From: Planctomycetota bacterium | Lineage (GTDB): Bacteria; Planctomycetota; UBA8742; UBA2392 | DNA length: 64,000 nucleotides | Assembly: GCA_020638635.1 (NCBI GenBank) | Contig: JACKIE010000001.1 | Location: 305,906-369,905 of the forward strand | Direction of reading: 5' to 3' | Shown here: piece after piece, positions 45,761-55,845 of the stretch | How the letters are laid out: each line of letters begins with the position of its first letter | Position numbering within the stretch: position 1 is the first letter of the stretch | Made by a program: the position numbers and the translations under genes | Notes under the pieces: generated by a model | What the model saw: the letters and a program-made list of their open reading frames with translations, nothing else | Told to the model about the DNA's origin: nothing | The model's database searches: none

Positions 45761-47368
45761 TCAGTCACCGGTCCAGTCCGGTGGCTTGATGCCAGCGGCG
45801 TCGGCGGCGTCCTCAATTTCCTGCCTGATCTGGCGCATCACCGATTGATCGCCCGACGGGCGCAGCAACGCCATGCCGGCCTCGTACTCGGATTGCGCAG
45901 CTTCCAGGTTGGCCAAGGTGATGTGCATCGCCGCCAGCGAGCAGCGGGCAGCGCCTTCCTGCACAGTGTCTTTCACTTCCCGCAGCAAGTGGATCGCCTG
46001 CTTGAACGCCTCAAGTGCCGCCTCGGTTCGGCCGCGGCGGGCATGAAGGCGCGCCAGGTCTGCCAGTGCAATGCCCTCCGAAGTTGGGTTTGACATGGCC
46101 CGATGCAGCTCAATGACCCGACGAAACAGCGGCTCGGCGACATCGTCGTTACCTGCCGTGGCCTCAAGGCGCGCCAGGTTTCCGAGGGTTACGGCTTCGC
46201 CGCGACGATCCCCGCAGGCTTGGCTGAGGCATAGGGACTGCTCAAGACATGCACGGCTTCGATCCTGGTCTCCCTGTTGCATGTACAGATTGCCGAGGTT
46301 GCAGAGCACAGCCGACTCGCCGGTGCGATCACCCATTTCACGGCTGAGCTCAAGACTCTCCTGCATCGCCCGCTCCGCTTCGAGCTCTCGACCGAAAGCA
46401 CGCTCGAAGCTGCCCAGGATCGTGAGAGTCTCCGAGGAACGCAGCCGCTGCCCAACCTTGCGGTGCATGTCTAGCGCCTTCAGCAACGACTCGTGGGCTT
46501 CCTGTTTGCGTCCCAGGCGCCACAGGATCATCGCTCGCAGCTGGTACAGGTGCGCCTCGGACTCGACGTTTCCGCACTCTCGCTGGCACTGCAGCGCCTC
46601 GGCACTGTCAGAGAGCGCTTGCACCGTGCGGCCGGCGCGATAGTGCAGCAGGGCCATGTTTGATTTCACGCGTGCCGCCTCGCGCTGATTACCCATTTGC
46701 GTGTACAGCAGGAACGCCTCGTCAAGCAGCTCGCCTGCCTGCTGTGTTTGACCCGTGCGAAGCAAGGTAAGCGCCATTTCCGCGGAAGCCGCGGCGAGCA
46801 CCGCCGGATCATCCGACTGGCGGGCGCACTCAACGGCTTGCCGGGCGAAGCGCTCGCCCTCATGCGTCTTTCCAATCACATGGAGGCACGAGGAGAGCTG
46901 CCGAAAGAAGTTTGCCTGCGACCCACGGTTGTCTGACTGCTCCGCCTCCGCAAGGGCCTGCTGCATTGCATCGATACCCTGTGACGCTTTCCCGACCACG
47001 ATGGCGTTGCGCCCCACGCGCGACAGGGCGTGCAGGCGCGCGACGCCGACTTCGAGACCGGCAACCTGCGACCATAACGCGAGCGCTTGCTCCGGGTGAA
47101 ACCGCTGCTCGGAGTGCGACGCGGCAATGCGCGCGTAGTGCGCTTCCTTCGCGCGCAGCTCCGGCGTATCCCCTGCTGAGCGCGCCACCCGGGCATGCGC
47201 CGCAAGTTCCTCCGCCAGCGATTCCGCTTCGGCGCCGAATGCCGTCTCGATCAGCTCGATTGTAAGCCCGTGCAGCGCGGCCCTGCTGCCGGGCGGCTGC
47301 AGTTCATAGGCCGCATCGCGCAGCAGCGCATGCCGGAACAGGTAGGCCGACTCGGCGGGAATGGGCAT
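45761..47368 (-). CDS. TPR-repeat protein that begins with the tail motif of a STAND/AAA_16-type NTPase
   Basis: About 10 TPR-like units (e.g. LGNLYMQQGDQDRSRACLEQSL). The N-terminus is YLFRHALLRDAAYE. Confidence 0.7.
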   Translation of the reverse strand: MPIPAESAYLFRHALLRDAAYELQPPGSRAALHGLTIELIETAFGAEAESLAEELAAHARVARSAGDTPELRAKEAHYARIAASHSEQRFHPEQALALWSQVAGLEVGVARLHALSRVGRNAIVVGKASQGIDAMQQALAEAEQSDNRGSQANFFRQLSSCLHVIGKTHEGERFARQAVECARQSDDPAVLAAASAEMALTLLRTGQTQQAGELLDEAFLLYTQMGNQREAARVKSNMALLHYRAGRTVQALSDSAEALQCQRECGNVESEAHLYQLRAMILWRLGRKQEAHESLLKALDMHRKVGQRLRSSETLTILGSFERAFGRELEAERAMQESLELSREMGDRTGESAVLCNLGNLYMQQGDQDRSRACLEQSLCLSQACGDRRGEAVTLGNLARLEATAGNDDVAEPLFRRVIELHRAMSNPTSEGIALADLARLHARRGRTEAALEAFKQAIHLLREVKDTVQEGAARCSLAAMHITLANLEAAQSEYEAGMALLRPSGDQSVMRQIRQEIEDAADAAGIKPPDWTGD

Positions 47369-47399
47369 CGCGCGATTGTAGCGGGTCGACCCGGCGGGG

Positions 47400-49328
47400 C
47401 TATTCGTCGGCGGGTTTCTCCGCCGGGGCCGTTTCGGTCGATGCGGGCGAGGTTTCTGCCGGGTCTGCTTCGGGTGGCGTTTCGTGGGTCATGCTGGCTT
47501 CGGGCTCGGGGAGCTTGCGGTGCTCGCGGGTGTCCTTGATGGCGAGCGCGTCCTTTTCCTCGGCCAACGTCATGCCGAACTTCAACTTGAGTTGCTGGAA
47601 GCCGTCGCGGATTTCCTTCACCTTGCGGATCGACTCCTCGACACTTCCGGTCGTGCGGTTCACGTAGTCGAAGAACGGGCCGAAGCTCTCGCGGATCTTT
47701 TCCACGGCTTCACGCGCTTCCTTCTTGATCTGCTCTTCCAGCACGTTGGCCAGCGCGGCCTTCAGCTCGGTGATCTTGTTACTGAACTCGGCCTTGATCT
47801 TGCGGCGCTGCATCGGCAGCACCAGCATCGAGCCGCCCAGCAGCGTCAGGCCGGCCAGGATGCCCGTCACGTCAATCCACGTGAAGCCCGCGGCCGTGGT
47901 CAATGCCACCACAGCGGCGCCGGCGCCCACGCCGATCAGGCTGCCGCCGATGGCCGTGTTGATGCCGGTGGCCGCGCGCCCCATGAAGCGGCGCATCTGG
48001 TCTTCGTAGTCAAAGCCCTTGATCTTGTCCTTGGCGTCGGCGCGCACCAGGTCATATATCTTTTCGCGGTTGTACTCGAACTTGGTGCCGACCTTGCCCA
48101 CCATGCCCTCGTGCGGGCGCAGCGCGGCCTGGTCGCTGAAGTACTGCGTCGTGTCCTGCCAGACCTTCAGGTACTTCTTCATGAACCAGTCGACGGCCTT
48201 GTTCAGCGTGTCGTCTATCTTGGTCTCGTAGTCCTTGATCACTTCCTCTTTGAAGCGGCCCCGGAAGCGCTCGGCCGACTTCAGCATCCCCATGTTGGTC
48301 AGCTTGACGTTGTCATCGACCCAGTTGCGGCCGCGCTTTTCCATCTCGAGGATGATGTTGTCGATTTCCAGGATGAAGCGGCCGAAGTTCTCGGACATGT
48401 CCGACTCGGACTGCTCGAGCTGGCCCCTGATGTTCTCGAGCACGCGCTTGTCGTCCTTGAGGTGCGCCATGCGGGCCGTGAAGGCCTCGCCGGCGCGGTC
48501 GCAGATCGACATGGCGCTGTTGATGGGGCTTTCCAGCTTGAGCTGCAGCTTTTCGCCGACGGACAGCTTCTCGAACAGGAACTGTTCCAGCGCCTTGAAG
48601 CCGGATTCCTCGTACAGCGCGTCGTCGCGGGTTTCCTTGGCCTTGCGCGCCTGCTTGGCGCTGACCATGAAGATTTGCGGCTCGAAGTCGAAGAACTTCT
48701 TCACGCTGTCGGTGACGAAATCGTTGATCTCGACGAGCTCGTGGGGCTCCTTGATGTCCTTCTTGGTGATCACGAAGATGATCTTCTTCGCCCAGCCCTC
48801 CACGATGTAGCCCAGGAACTCGCGCTCCGTCTGGCTGAAGGGGCGGTCCACGCTGGTGGTGAACAGGATCAGGTCGCAGCGCGGGATGAAGCTCTCGGTG
48901 ATCTCGCCGTGGCGCTTGACGATGCTGTTGGTGCCCGGCGTGTCCACGATGTTGATGTTGCGCAGGGGCTCGAAGGGCAGCTGCTTCTCGACCAGGAACT
49001 CCTCGATGATGCGCTCTTTCTCGGTGTCGCCGTACTTCAGCACGTGGATTTTGTCGGTCGTGGGAATCGCGCCGACCTTGCACACATCGGCGTTCAGCAG
49101 GCTGTTGATGAAGGTGCTCTTGCCCGCCTTTACCTCGCCCACCACCACCAGCAGGAACAGCTCTTCCAGGTGGCCGGTCAGGCCGGCAACCTGGTCGATC
49201 ACCTGGTCTTCGAAGTCCTGCTTGATCAGCAGGTCGCGCAGGGCCTTCAGCAGCTCGCGCTCTTCAGACATGCCCTGGGCGATTTTTTCGTCCAGGCGCT
49301 GCGTAAGGGTATTCGGGGCTTCGGTCAT
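47400..49328 (-). CDS. bacterial dynamin-like GTPase
   Basis: Start at MTEAPNT (ATG 49328, AGGAA RBS). G1 GEVKAGKST, G3 DTPGTNS, G4 TKKD. Hydrophobic paddle IGVGAGAAVVALTTAAGFTWIDVTGILAGLTLLGGSMLVL. Confidence 0.85.
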   Translation of the reverse strand: MTEAPNTLTQRLDEKIAQGMSEERELLKALRDLLIKQDFEDQVIDQVAGLTGHLEELFLLVVVGEVKAGKSTFINSLLNADVCKVGAIPTTDKIHVLKYGDTEKERIIEEFLVEKQLPFEPLRNINIVDTPGTNSIVKRHGEITESFIPRCDLILFTTSVDRPFSQTEREFLGYIVEGWAKKIIFVITKKDIKEPHELVEINDFVTDSVKKFFDFEPQIFMVSAKQARKAKETRDDALYEESGFKALEQFLFEKLSVGEKLQLKLESPINSAMSICDRAGEAFTARMAHLKDDKRVLENIRGQLEQSESDMSENFGRFILEIDNIILEMEKRGRNWVDDNVKLTNMGMLKSAERFRGRFKEEVIKDYETKIDDTLNKAVDWFMKKYLKVWQDTTQYFSDQAALRPHEGMVGKVGTKFEYNREKIYDLVRADAKDKIKGFDYEDQMRRFMGRAATGINTAIGGSLIGVGAGAAVVALTTAAGFTWIDVTGILAGLTLLGGSMLVLPMQRRKIKAEFSNKITELKAALANVLEEQIKKEAREAVEKIRESFGPFFDYVNRTTGSVEESIRKVKEIRDGFQQLKLKFGMTLAEEKDALAIKDTREHRKLPEPEASMTHETPPEADPAETSPASTETAPAEKPADE

Positions 49329-49353
49329 CCGTTCCTGTTTCGTACTGCAGCCT

Positions 49354-49425
49354 CGCGCAGAGACCGCAGAGGGCGCAGAGAGTGGCAAAACCGCAGTTCT
49401 CTGCGCCCTCTGCGTACTCTGCGCG
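49354..49425. repeat. nonamer-array hairpin (GCGCAGAGN)3 in a divergent promoter region
   Basis: Arm 49354-49382 (CGCGCAGAGACCGCAGAGGGCGCAGAGAG) against 49399-49425. 25 of 27 positions are complementary. Confidence 0.9.
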
Positions 49426-49507
49426 GGACTGCTTTTGTAGCTTCCCTAAAACCTACAACGCGGAACCTAAAACCTGTATCCTGCATCACTTGTTGGCTGT
49501 CAAGCTT

Positions 49508-52342
49508 ATGACGCGAAAGCACCTCCTGGCCACCCTTCCCGTTCTCGCCCTGCTGTTGTTAGCGGGCGCCTGGGCAGTCTTGCGGCCGGAGGGTTCTTCC
49601 CTGCTCCCCATTATCGGGACCAGCGACCAGAAGTCATCGGGCAAGCAGAAAGAAACTCCGCTGACCGAGGTTCCGCCGCAACTGGACGACAGCGGCAACC
49701 CCGTAGCCGAGACCCCCCCCGCCAACACCGAAGGCCTGCTGCCGGGCATCGATGAGTCCGAGCAGGAGCGAATCAAGCAGGCCCGCGAAGAAGCGCGCAT
49801 CCGCGCCGAGCAGGAGGCCGCCCAGGCGGACACGGAATCAAAGCCCAGCCCGCAAGGGCTGGGTAATCCGAAAGCGACCGACCAGGCCGGCAACGAAACC
49901 CAGCCAGACACCCGAACACCCGAACAGAAGGCCAAAGACGCCGAGCGCCAGCGCCGCATTGACGAACTGAAGGCGATCAAGCGCCCGCCCAACCAGAGCC
50001 TGGGCAACGTGCGGCCGCGCACGCGCAAGCTGGAAAAAGAGGCGGGCAAGAAGGAGCTGTCCGAGATCAGCCCCAAGCTGATGCAGGACAGGCGCGGCCT
50101 GTACGCGAAGTACTACGCTTTCAGCCAGTTGCCGCTCAACGCGCTGCTGGACCCGGACCAGCCCGAACTGGCCCAGCGCACGCCCGAAATCACGCGCATT
50201 GACCCGCAGGTGTACTTCCCCAGCAAGGACGCCTGGGCCGACCTGCCCTTCGACAAGCGCAACTTCATGGGCGTGTGGGAGGGCTTCCTGGTGATCAAGG
50301 AGGCCGGCGATTACTGGCTGTATTTAGGCGCCGACTACACCGGCGTGGTGACGCTGGACGGCGAAAGCGTGCTGTACAACGACATGCGCGACTACACCGA
50401 GGTCAGCACCGTGCTGACCTTGACGGCCGGTTTGCACCCGATCCGCATCGATTACATGGAGGGCGAAAACGGCAGCCCGGTTGATCCGCTGGCAGCCTGC
50501 AACTTCATGTACGTACCGGAGGGGCAGAGCAAGCCGATCCCGGTGCCGCCGGAAATGCTGATGTTGCCGGAGGCGCTCTGGAGCGACAACGCGCCGATCA
50601 TTACCAAGCTCAGCAGGTATGAGGGTGAGATCGGCGACGAGATCACGATTTTCGGCCAGAACCTCGACGGCGACACAAGCCCCGCAATGTCGGTGAAGCT
50701 GGAGGACTTGCCAAAGCTGCCGCCTCTGATCCGGGTTCAGATCGCCGGACAGGCCGCGGCGATTCTTGAGCACAGCGACACTTCGCTGAAGGTTCGCATC
50801 TCGGTCGGTGCAACAACCGGCAAAGTGATCGTGTTCAAGGCGACCGCAGCGGGCGGTGGCGGAAGTTTCGGGAGCATTCAACCGGAGTACGCGAACGCCG
50901 TTCCGTCAAACTCAGTGGACTTCACTGTCACCACGCAGTACGGCCTGTTCGCTTCATGGCACAACCTGGCTGGCTGGTCGAACTACGACTTCATTGACGA
51001 CACGCTGCACAAGCCTGACGTGGTGCGGCTTGAGCGCGACTTCATGTTCGAGACTCGCGCGGACATCGACCTTGGCTTCCGCAACAACCCGCTGGCCTGC
51101 CACTGGGAAGGCAAGCTCGGCATCCCGGCCGGCTGGGTGCCCGAGGGCCAGATGGCGCTGGTGCGCTTCCAGACCTACGGCCGCCTGCGCGTGAGGCTGG
51201 GCGAGCAAATGCGCGAGACGGCCGCGCAAACCGGCGGCACGTTCAACCTGACCACGCTCGACTTCGAAGTCAGCAACCGAGAGGAGCACTACCTGCCCCT
51301 CAGCATCGACTGGACCAGCGAGACCGGCCCGGCCGGGCTCAAGATCGTGAAGATGGTCAGCGTGCCCGCGGAGAAGAACCCCGAAGGCGGCTCCGGCATC
51401 GCCTGGGCGGAAGACAGCGTGCTGCCCTTCCAACTGTTCTTCCCGCCCGTTGTGCCGCCCAAGCCGCCGCGCATTGTGAGCGCGAAGCCGCTCTTCGCCG
51501 AGGGCGAGCAGCCGCCGATCCTGCCCTACGACATCACCACCACGCGGCCGTCGATCCGCGAAGGCCAGTTGTTCGAGTTCAACCTGGAGGTGTTCGGCAA
51601 CGCCGAGGTGCTGGCGGCGCCGGTTAACCTCACCGTGGACGGCGTGCCGCTGGAGTACACGGTCACGCAGACCGAAACCGGCAACGGCGGCGGCATGATC
51701 CGCACTTGCCAGGCCGTGCTGCCGAGCGGCCTGGGCGAGGGGGCCATCGTCGCGCGCCTGACCGTGGTGACCAGCGAGCCCTTCTACATTGATGTCCAGA
51801 ACAAAGGTCTGATCGCCTACTACTACGACCTGCCCAACCCGGGCGGCTACACGCAGATGCCCGACCCGGAACCCCTGGCCTGCTTCCAGGTGCGCAAAGA
51901 CGCCTGGGTGAACTTCGAAAACGCCAACCAGTTCGACCTGCCCTTCCCGGCCGAGACCTTTGCCGTGGAGTGGTTCGGCGCGCTGATCATCGAGACCGAG
52001 GGCGACTACCGCTTCACCTGTCGCAGCGACGACGGGATCCTGGTGTGGCTCGATGACAACCTGGTGCTGGCCGACGACAACCTGCACTACCAGCGCGAGA
52101 AGACCGGCGACTGGGTGCACCTGGTGCCCGGGACATACAACTTCCGGATGCAATTCTTCGAGAACAACGTGCACGAGGTGTGCGTGCTGCAGTGGGACGC
52201 GCGCACGGACAAAGAGCAGGCCGAGAGCGAGTTCATCCAGCGCGGCATCATTCCCAAGCGCCACTTCACCTGGGACCAGCACCCGGCCCTGCCCCAGAAG
52301 ACCAGCACCGGCAAACGCGCCGACGGCTCGGACCCCGAGTAG
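49508..52342 (+). CDS. large secreted/anchored protein with two PA14-like domains and an IPT/TIG-like domain
   Basis: Start at MTRKHLLATLPVLALLLLAGAWAVL. PA14-like GVWEGFLVIKEAGDYWLYLGADY... and FAVEWFGALIIETEGDYRFTCRSDDGILVWLDD. IPT-like PIITKLSRYEGEIGDEITIFGQNL. Confidence 0.75.
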   Translation: MTRKHLLATLPVLALLLLAGAWAVLRPEGSSLLPIIGTSDQKSSGKQKETPLTEVPPQLDDSGNPVAETPPANTEGLLPGIDESEQERIKQAREEARIRAEQEAAQADTESKPSPQGLGNPKATDQAGNETQPDTRTPEQKAKDAERQRRIDELKAIKRPPNQSLGNVRPRTRKLEKEAGKKELSEISPKLMQDRRGLYAKYYAFSQLPLNALLDPDQPELAQRTPEITRIDPQVYFPSKDAWADLPFDKRNFMGVWEGFLVIKEAGDYWLYLGADYTGVVTLDGESVLYNDMRDYTEVSTVLTLTAGLHPIRIDYMEGENGSPVDPLAACNFMYVPEGQSKPIPVPPEMLMLPEALWSDNAPIITKLSRYEGEIGDEITIFGQNLDGDTSPAMSVKLEDLPKLPPLIRVQIAGQAAAILEHSDTSLKVRISVGATTGKVIVFKATAAGGGGSFGSIQPEYANAVPSNSVDFTVTTQYGLFASWHNLAGWSNYDFIDDTLHKPDVVRLERDFMFETRADIDLGFRNNPLACHWEGKLGIPAGWVPEGQMALVRFQTYGRLRVRLGEQMRETAAQTGGTFNLTTLDFEVSNREEHYLPLSIDWTSETGPAGLKIVKMVSVPAEKNPEGGSGIAWAEDSVLPFQLFFPPVVPPKPPRIVSAKPLFAEGEQPPILPYDITTTRPSIREGQLFEFNLEVFGNAEVLAAPVNLTVDGVPLEYTVTQTETGNGGGMIRTCQAVLPSGLGEGAIVARLTVVTSEPFYIDVQNKGLIAYYYDLPNPGGYTQMPDPEPLACFQVRKDAWVNFENANQFDLPFPAETFAVEWFGALIIETEGDYRFTCRSDDGILVWLDDNLVLADDNLHYQREKTGDWVHLVPGTYNFRMQFFENNVHEVCVLQWDARTDKEQAESEFIQRGIIPKRHFTWDQHPALPQKTSTGKRADGSDPE

Positions 52343-52397
52343 GGGCGGCCCCATGTGGCCGCCCTGGTCCGCCCGGGCCGCCACATGGGGCGGCCCC
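52342..52397. terminator. bidirectional GC-rich hairpin between convergent genes
   Basis: GGGGCGGCCCCATGTGGCC ... GGCCGCCACATGGGGCGGCCCC occupies the entire 54-nt spacer. Confidence 0.6.
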
Positions 52398-54061
52398 TAC
52401 CGCGGCAATCGCAGCTCGGCCGGGTGGTCGGCGTCGTGGAACAGAGTTACCTCGACATCCAGCGCCTTGGCCTTGTCGTAGTGGTCCGCGCCGGTGTGGC
52501 TGTTGAGCTCGTACCGTGGGCTGTTGCCGCCGGTGACGATCAGCTTCAGCTTGTGGTCTTGTCGCCAGGAGTAGGCGTGGGGCGCGAGCTTCAGCGTGAG
52601 GCTGTAGGTCTCGCCGGGCTTGAGTTCCTGCACCGTCTTGCCGTCGCGCAGCTTGGCGCGCTGGATGGTCTCCCCCACCAGGTACAGTTTGCCGTCCGGG
52701 GCCTCGTCGCACAGACGCAGGTGGATGTCCGTGTCCACACGGTTGCAACTGAAGTACACGGTCAGCTCTACTTCGCCGCGGATCGCCAGCGGCTCGGCCA
52801 GCTTGTCGGTGGCATAAACCAGCACGTCCTTGCGGCCGGCGATCTTGGAAATCTCCTTGGGCCCGTGGGTCAGGGGTGGCAGGTTTCGGCCGCCGATGGC
52901 GGGAGAGGGATCTTTCGGGTCAAACTTGTATTGACGTGTCAGTGGTTGTTCTTCGCTTGCGGTACAGGGCTTGTTGGTGCTGAGGACGCCGTCCGCATTG
53001 AGGTAGTAACTGGTGTGCTTACCCGCCAGCTTCTGCCAGCTTTCCGCGCCGTGCCACTTGTTCTCGCCGCACTGGAAGGCGCTTACCACGGGCACGTCTT
53101 CCCACCCGCTGTCCTCAAGGCCGCGCAGGTAGTGGTCGAAGAACTTCAGAGTGATCTTCGTGGAGTAGTCTTCTGCCTCGGGGTACTTCAGGTCGCCTTG
53201 CTCACTGACATCAATGGCCGTGTGCGACCAGGGGCCCATCACCAGCTTGCTCTCCTTGGCCTTACCCGTGCCCTGGCTTAGCAGGTCCGCGTGCTGCTGG
53301 ATCACTTCGCGCGGGTAGTTGTCCCACCAGCCGCTGATCAGCAGGCAGGGCACGTTGATCTTCTCCGGGTGATAGCTCTGGCTCAACGCGAAGGTCCAGA
53401 GCCGCGTACCGGGCAGGGGGTTATCGGTCACGAACTTGCTCACGCCGAATCCCAGCCGGTCAAGGCTCTTGGTGTGGGCTTCCAGCTGCACGCCGCCTTC
53501 ATAGTAGCTTTCGTAGCGGTTTCCCTGGTAGGCGATCAGCGGCGCGCAGCACACCAGGTGCGGCGGCTGCTCGGCGGCCGTGTCGAACTGCTGCTTGCCC
53601 AGCGCCGAGCCGCCCCAGGTGCCGACCTTGCCATCGCACCAGGGCTGGGTGGCGCACCACTCGACGCAGTCGTAGCCGTCCTGGCCGCGCTTCCACTTCA
53701 GGCGGTTTACGCCCTCCATGGCGGCCTTGCTGCCGTAGAAGCCGCGCCAGTCCACGAACACGTAGGCGTAGTGCTCGCGGTCGAACTGCGACCAGGCCTT
53801 GTCGCTGCCGCGGCCGACCTCGCTGGTCTTGTCGCCGTACTCGCGGCCCATGCGGTCCTTGTCGTAGGGCGTCTGTACCAGGATGCAGGGGTACTTGCCG
53901 CGCTTTTCGGGCAGCAGCACGTTGGCGGCCAGTGTCTTGCCGTCGCGCATGGGAATGGCGACGTCGGTCAAGGTGGTCCGCCAGGGGTCTTCGGCGTCGT
54001 CGTCTGCGATCACGAACGGCGCCAAGGCAAGCAGCAGCAGACAGGCGGCAATCAGGCGCAT
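52397..54061 (-). CDS. CocE/NonD-family (S15 X-Pro dipeptidyl-peptidase-like) hydrolase
   Basis: Start at MRLIAACLLLLALAPFVIADD behind an AGGAG RBS. Family-typical PYDKD and VDWRGFYGS segments. C-terminal beta-sandwich domain. Confidence 0.8.
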   Translation of the reverse strand: MRLIAACLLLLALAPFVIADDDAEDPWRTTLTDVAIPMRDGKTLAANVLLPEKRGKYPCILVQTPYDKDRMGREYGDKTSEVGRGSDKAWSQFDREHYAYVFVDWRGFYGSKAAMEGVNRLKWKRGQDGYDCVEWCATQPWCDGKVGTWGGSALGKQQFDTAAEQPPHLVCCAPLIAYQGNRYESYYEGGVQLEAHTKSLDRLGFGVSKFVTDNPLPGTRLWTFALSQSYHPEKINVPCLLISGWWDNYPREVIQQHADLLSQGTGKAKESKLVMGPWSHTAIDVSEQGDLKYPEAEDYSTKITLKFFDHYLRGLEDSGWEDVPVVSAFQCGENKWHGAESWQKLAGKHTSYYLNADGVLSTNKPCTASEEQPLTRQYKFDPKDPSPAIGGRNLPPLTHGPKEISKIAGRKDVLVYATDKLAEPLAIRGEVELTVYFSCNRVDTDIHLRLCDEAPDGKLYLVGETIQRAKLRDGKTVQELKPGETYSLTLKLAPHAYSWRQDHKLKLIVTGGNSPRYELNSHTGADHYDKAKALDVEVTLFHDADHPAELRLPR

Positions 54062-54233
54062 GGGAGTCTCCTGTGCATGGAACACGGACGGCTATAACTG
54101 GTTGCGATTGTTCTGCCCGGTGCTTTAACGCAGCCGCATTACTGCTTCACGCGAACGACGTGCCTCCGCACGTGGCCTCCATCGGCTTGAAGCCGATGGA
54201 ACTACTCATCGCCTGGAAGGCGATGCCACTGGG

Positions 54234-55709
54234 CTACTCCAGGTCCATCCACCAGCTCAGGCGGTAGCTTGCGGCCTTGGGCCAGGGGGACTTGCCTTCG
54301 TCTTCGTTGGCGCGCGCGGCCAGTTCTTCATACTTCTTCTTGGCCTCGGCGCGCTTGCCTTCCGCTGATTCCAGCGCCAGTGCGTCGCGCAGCATTTGCT
54401 CGCGTTCGTGTTCGCGCTTGACCGGCGGGTAGTCGTCGCCCAGCGCGGCCAGCCGCGCGTCGTAGCCCTTGCCCTTGATCCAGCTTTCGTCGGCCCAGGT
54501 CTCGCTGATCGCGCGCAGGCGCTTCACCTGCCAGGCCGGCGGCAGCTTCTCGGCCTTGATGGCTTCGGCCACCAGCTCATCCACACGCTTCACTTCTTTC
54601 TTGGCGATCTTCTCGATCTCCTTGTCGAACTTCTTCACCTCGCGCTTTGCCTTGCTGGGGATCGACTTGTCCTTTTCGATCGCTTGAATGCGGTCCAGCG
54701 CGCCGCGCCAGTTGTCGGCGTTGCACAGCCCGATCACTTCCTTCACGTAGGGGTCATCGCCGGCTTCGAACGCCAGCGGCTCGGGCGTCTCCGTGCTGTC
54801 GGCCGTGGCGTAGGCCTGCATGCCCGGCCCGCCCAGCTCGTTGATCACGTCGCGTGTGACCTGGTGGCAGCGGCCGTTGACGGCGTGGCCCATCTTAGGG
54901 ATTTCGTGGTACTGCACGGGCACGCCCCAGGCGGCCAGCACGTTGCTGAAGTGGCGCACGCTCTCGACCACGTTGATGCTGCCGAGCACGGCGGTTTCGT
55001 CAGCGCCGACGGTGCAGATCCAAGGGCAGGGCGGGCAGGTTTCCTTTTTGACGGCGCCGCCGCTGCTGTAGAGGAAGATGGCGCGGAAGGGGAAGTGCTC
55101 GGGGTCGTCGCGCCATTCCTTGCCGGCCCAGCCGCTGGCCCAGCTGGTACCCCACGAGAAGCCGCTGACGAACACGCGCTCGGGGTCAACGGGCTGGTCC
55201 TTCATCACCTTGTCGAGCAACCAGCGCGAGCCCTCGATGATCTTCTCCGGCGTGGCGAGCGTGGGCTGGCCCATCTTGCCCTTGCCGTCCTCCAGCAGCT
55301 GCTGGTACTGCACGCCGATGGTGATCACCGGGTCGCGCGAGGTGGTGATGCGCGCGACGTTCTTGACGCGGCCGGAACCCACGTCGCCGTTGCCGTGGAA
55401 GGTGAACATCAAGGCGTACTTCCTTGACGTGTCAAGCTCTTCGGGCAAGGCGACGTAGCCCTCCATTTTCTCGCAGCCCTCGACCTCGATTTTCACGGTC
55501 TCGAACTTGGTCTTGTCGGGCTCGACCTTGGCGCTGTCGTCGCCGCCCAGGCCGCGCTGGGGCAGCAGTTTCGAAGCATCGGCCTTCGCGCGCTCGATGA
55601 TGCGCTGGCCGGGTTTGGTGGCCGCCTCGGGCGCTTCCTGGCCGATCGCGATGGAGGTGAAATACAGAAGAACGGCGGCGCTCAGCCACCAGCGAATTCG
55701 CCCAGTCAT
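54234..55709 (-). CDS. secreted alpha/beta-hydrolase (esterase-like) with helical C-terminal domain
   Basis: Start at MTGRIRWWLSAAVLLYF. FHGNG oxyanion region, nucleophile elbow GFSWG, and KMGHAV histidine context. Confidence 0.65.
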   Translation of the reverse strand: MTGRIRWWLSAAVLLYFTSIAIGQEAPEAATKPGQRIIERAKADASKLLPQRGLGGDDSAKVEPDKTKFETVKIEVEGCEKMEGYVALPEELDTSRKYALMFTFHGNGDVGSGRVKNVARITTSRDPVITIGVQYQQLLEDGKGKMGQPTLATPEKIIEGSRWLLDKVMKDQPVDPERVFVSGFSWGTSWASGWAGKEWRDDPEHFPFRAIFLYSSGGAVKKETCPPCPWICTVGADETAVLGSINVVESVRHFSNVLAAWGVPVQYHEIPKMGHAVNGRCHQVTRDVINELGGPGMQAYATADSTETPEPLAFEAGDDPYVKEVIGLCNADNWRGALDRIQAIEKDKSIPSKAKREVKKFDKEIEKIAKKEVKRVDELVAEAIKAEKLPPAWQVKRLRAISETWADESWIKGKGYDARLAALGDDYPPVKREHEREQMLRDALALESAEGKRAEAKKKYEELAARANEDEGKSPWPKAASYRLSWWMDLE

Positions 55710-55805
55710 GCCAGCTCCCGAAACTGCCGCCGCACGCGGTAAACCATCATGCAGCGCGGGGCGCAGCGGGCAAGCATTCTGCGGGATTTGACAAACGGAT
55801 GATCT

Positions 55806-55839
55806 GGCGGTGGCGCGGGCGCAAACCCGCGCCACCGCC
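55806..55839 (-). terminator. terminator hairpin (14-bp perfect stem)
   Basis: GGCGGTGGCGCGGG-CGCAAA-CCCGCGCCACCGCC, immediately downstream of the 55846 stop. Confidence 0.6.
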
Positions 55840-55845
55840 GGCCCC

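Noticed and set aside
54170-54232. Two adjacent similar hairpins (CATCGGCTT..AAGCCGATG and CATCGCC..GGCGATG) considered as a repeat element.
   Set aside because: The stems are short (7 bp) and lie downstream of the 54234 stop. They are most simply terminator-type hairpins, and I saw no other copies.
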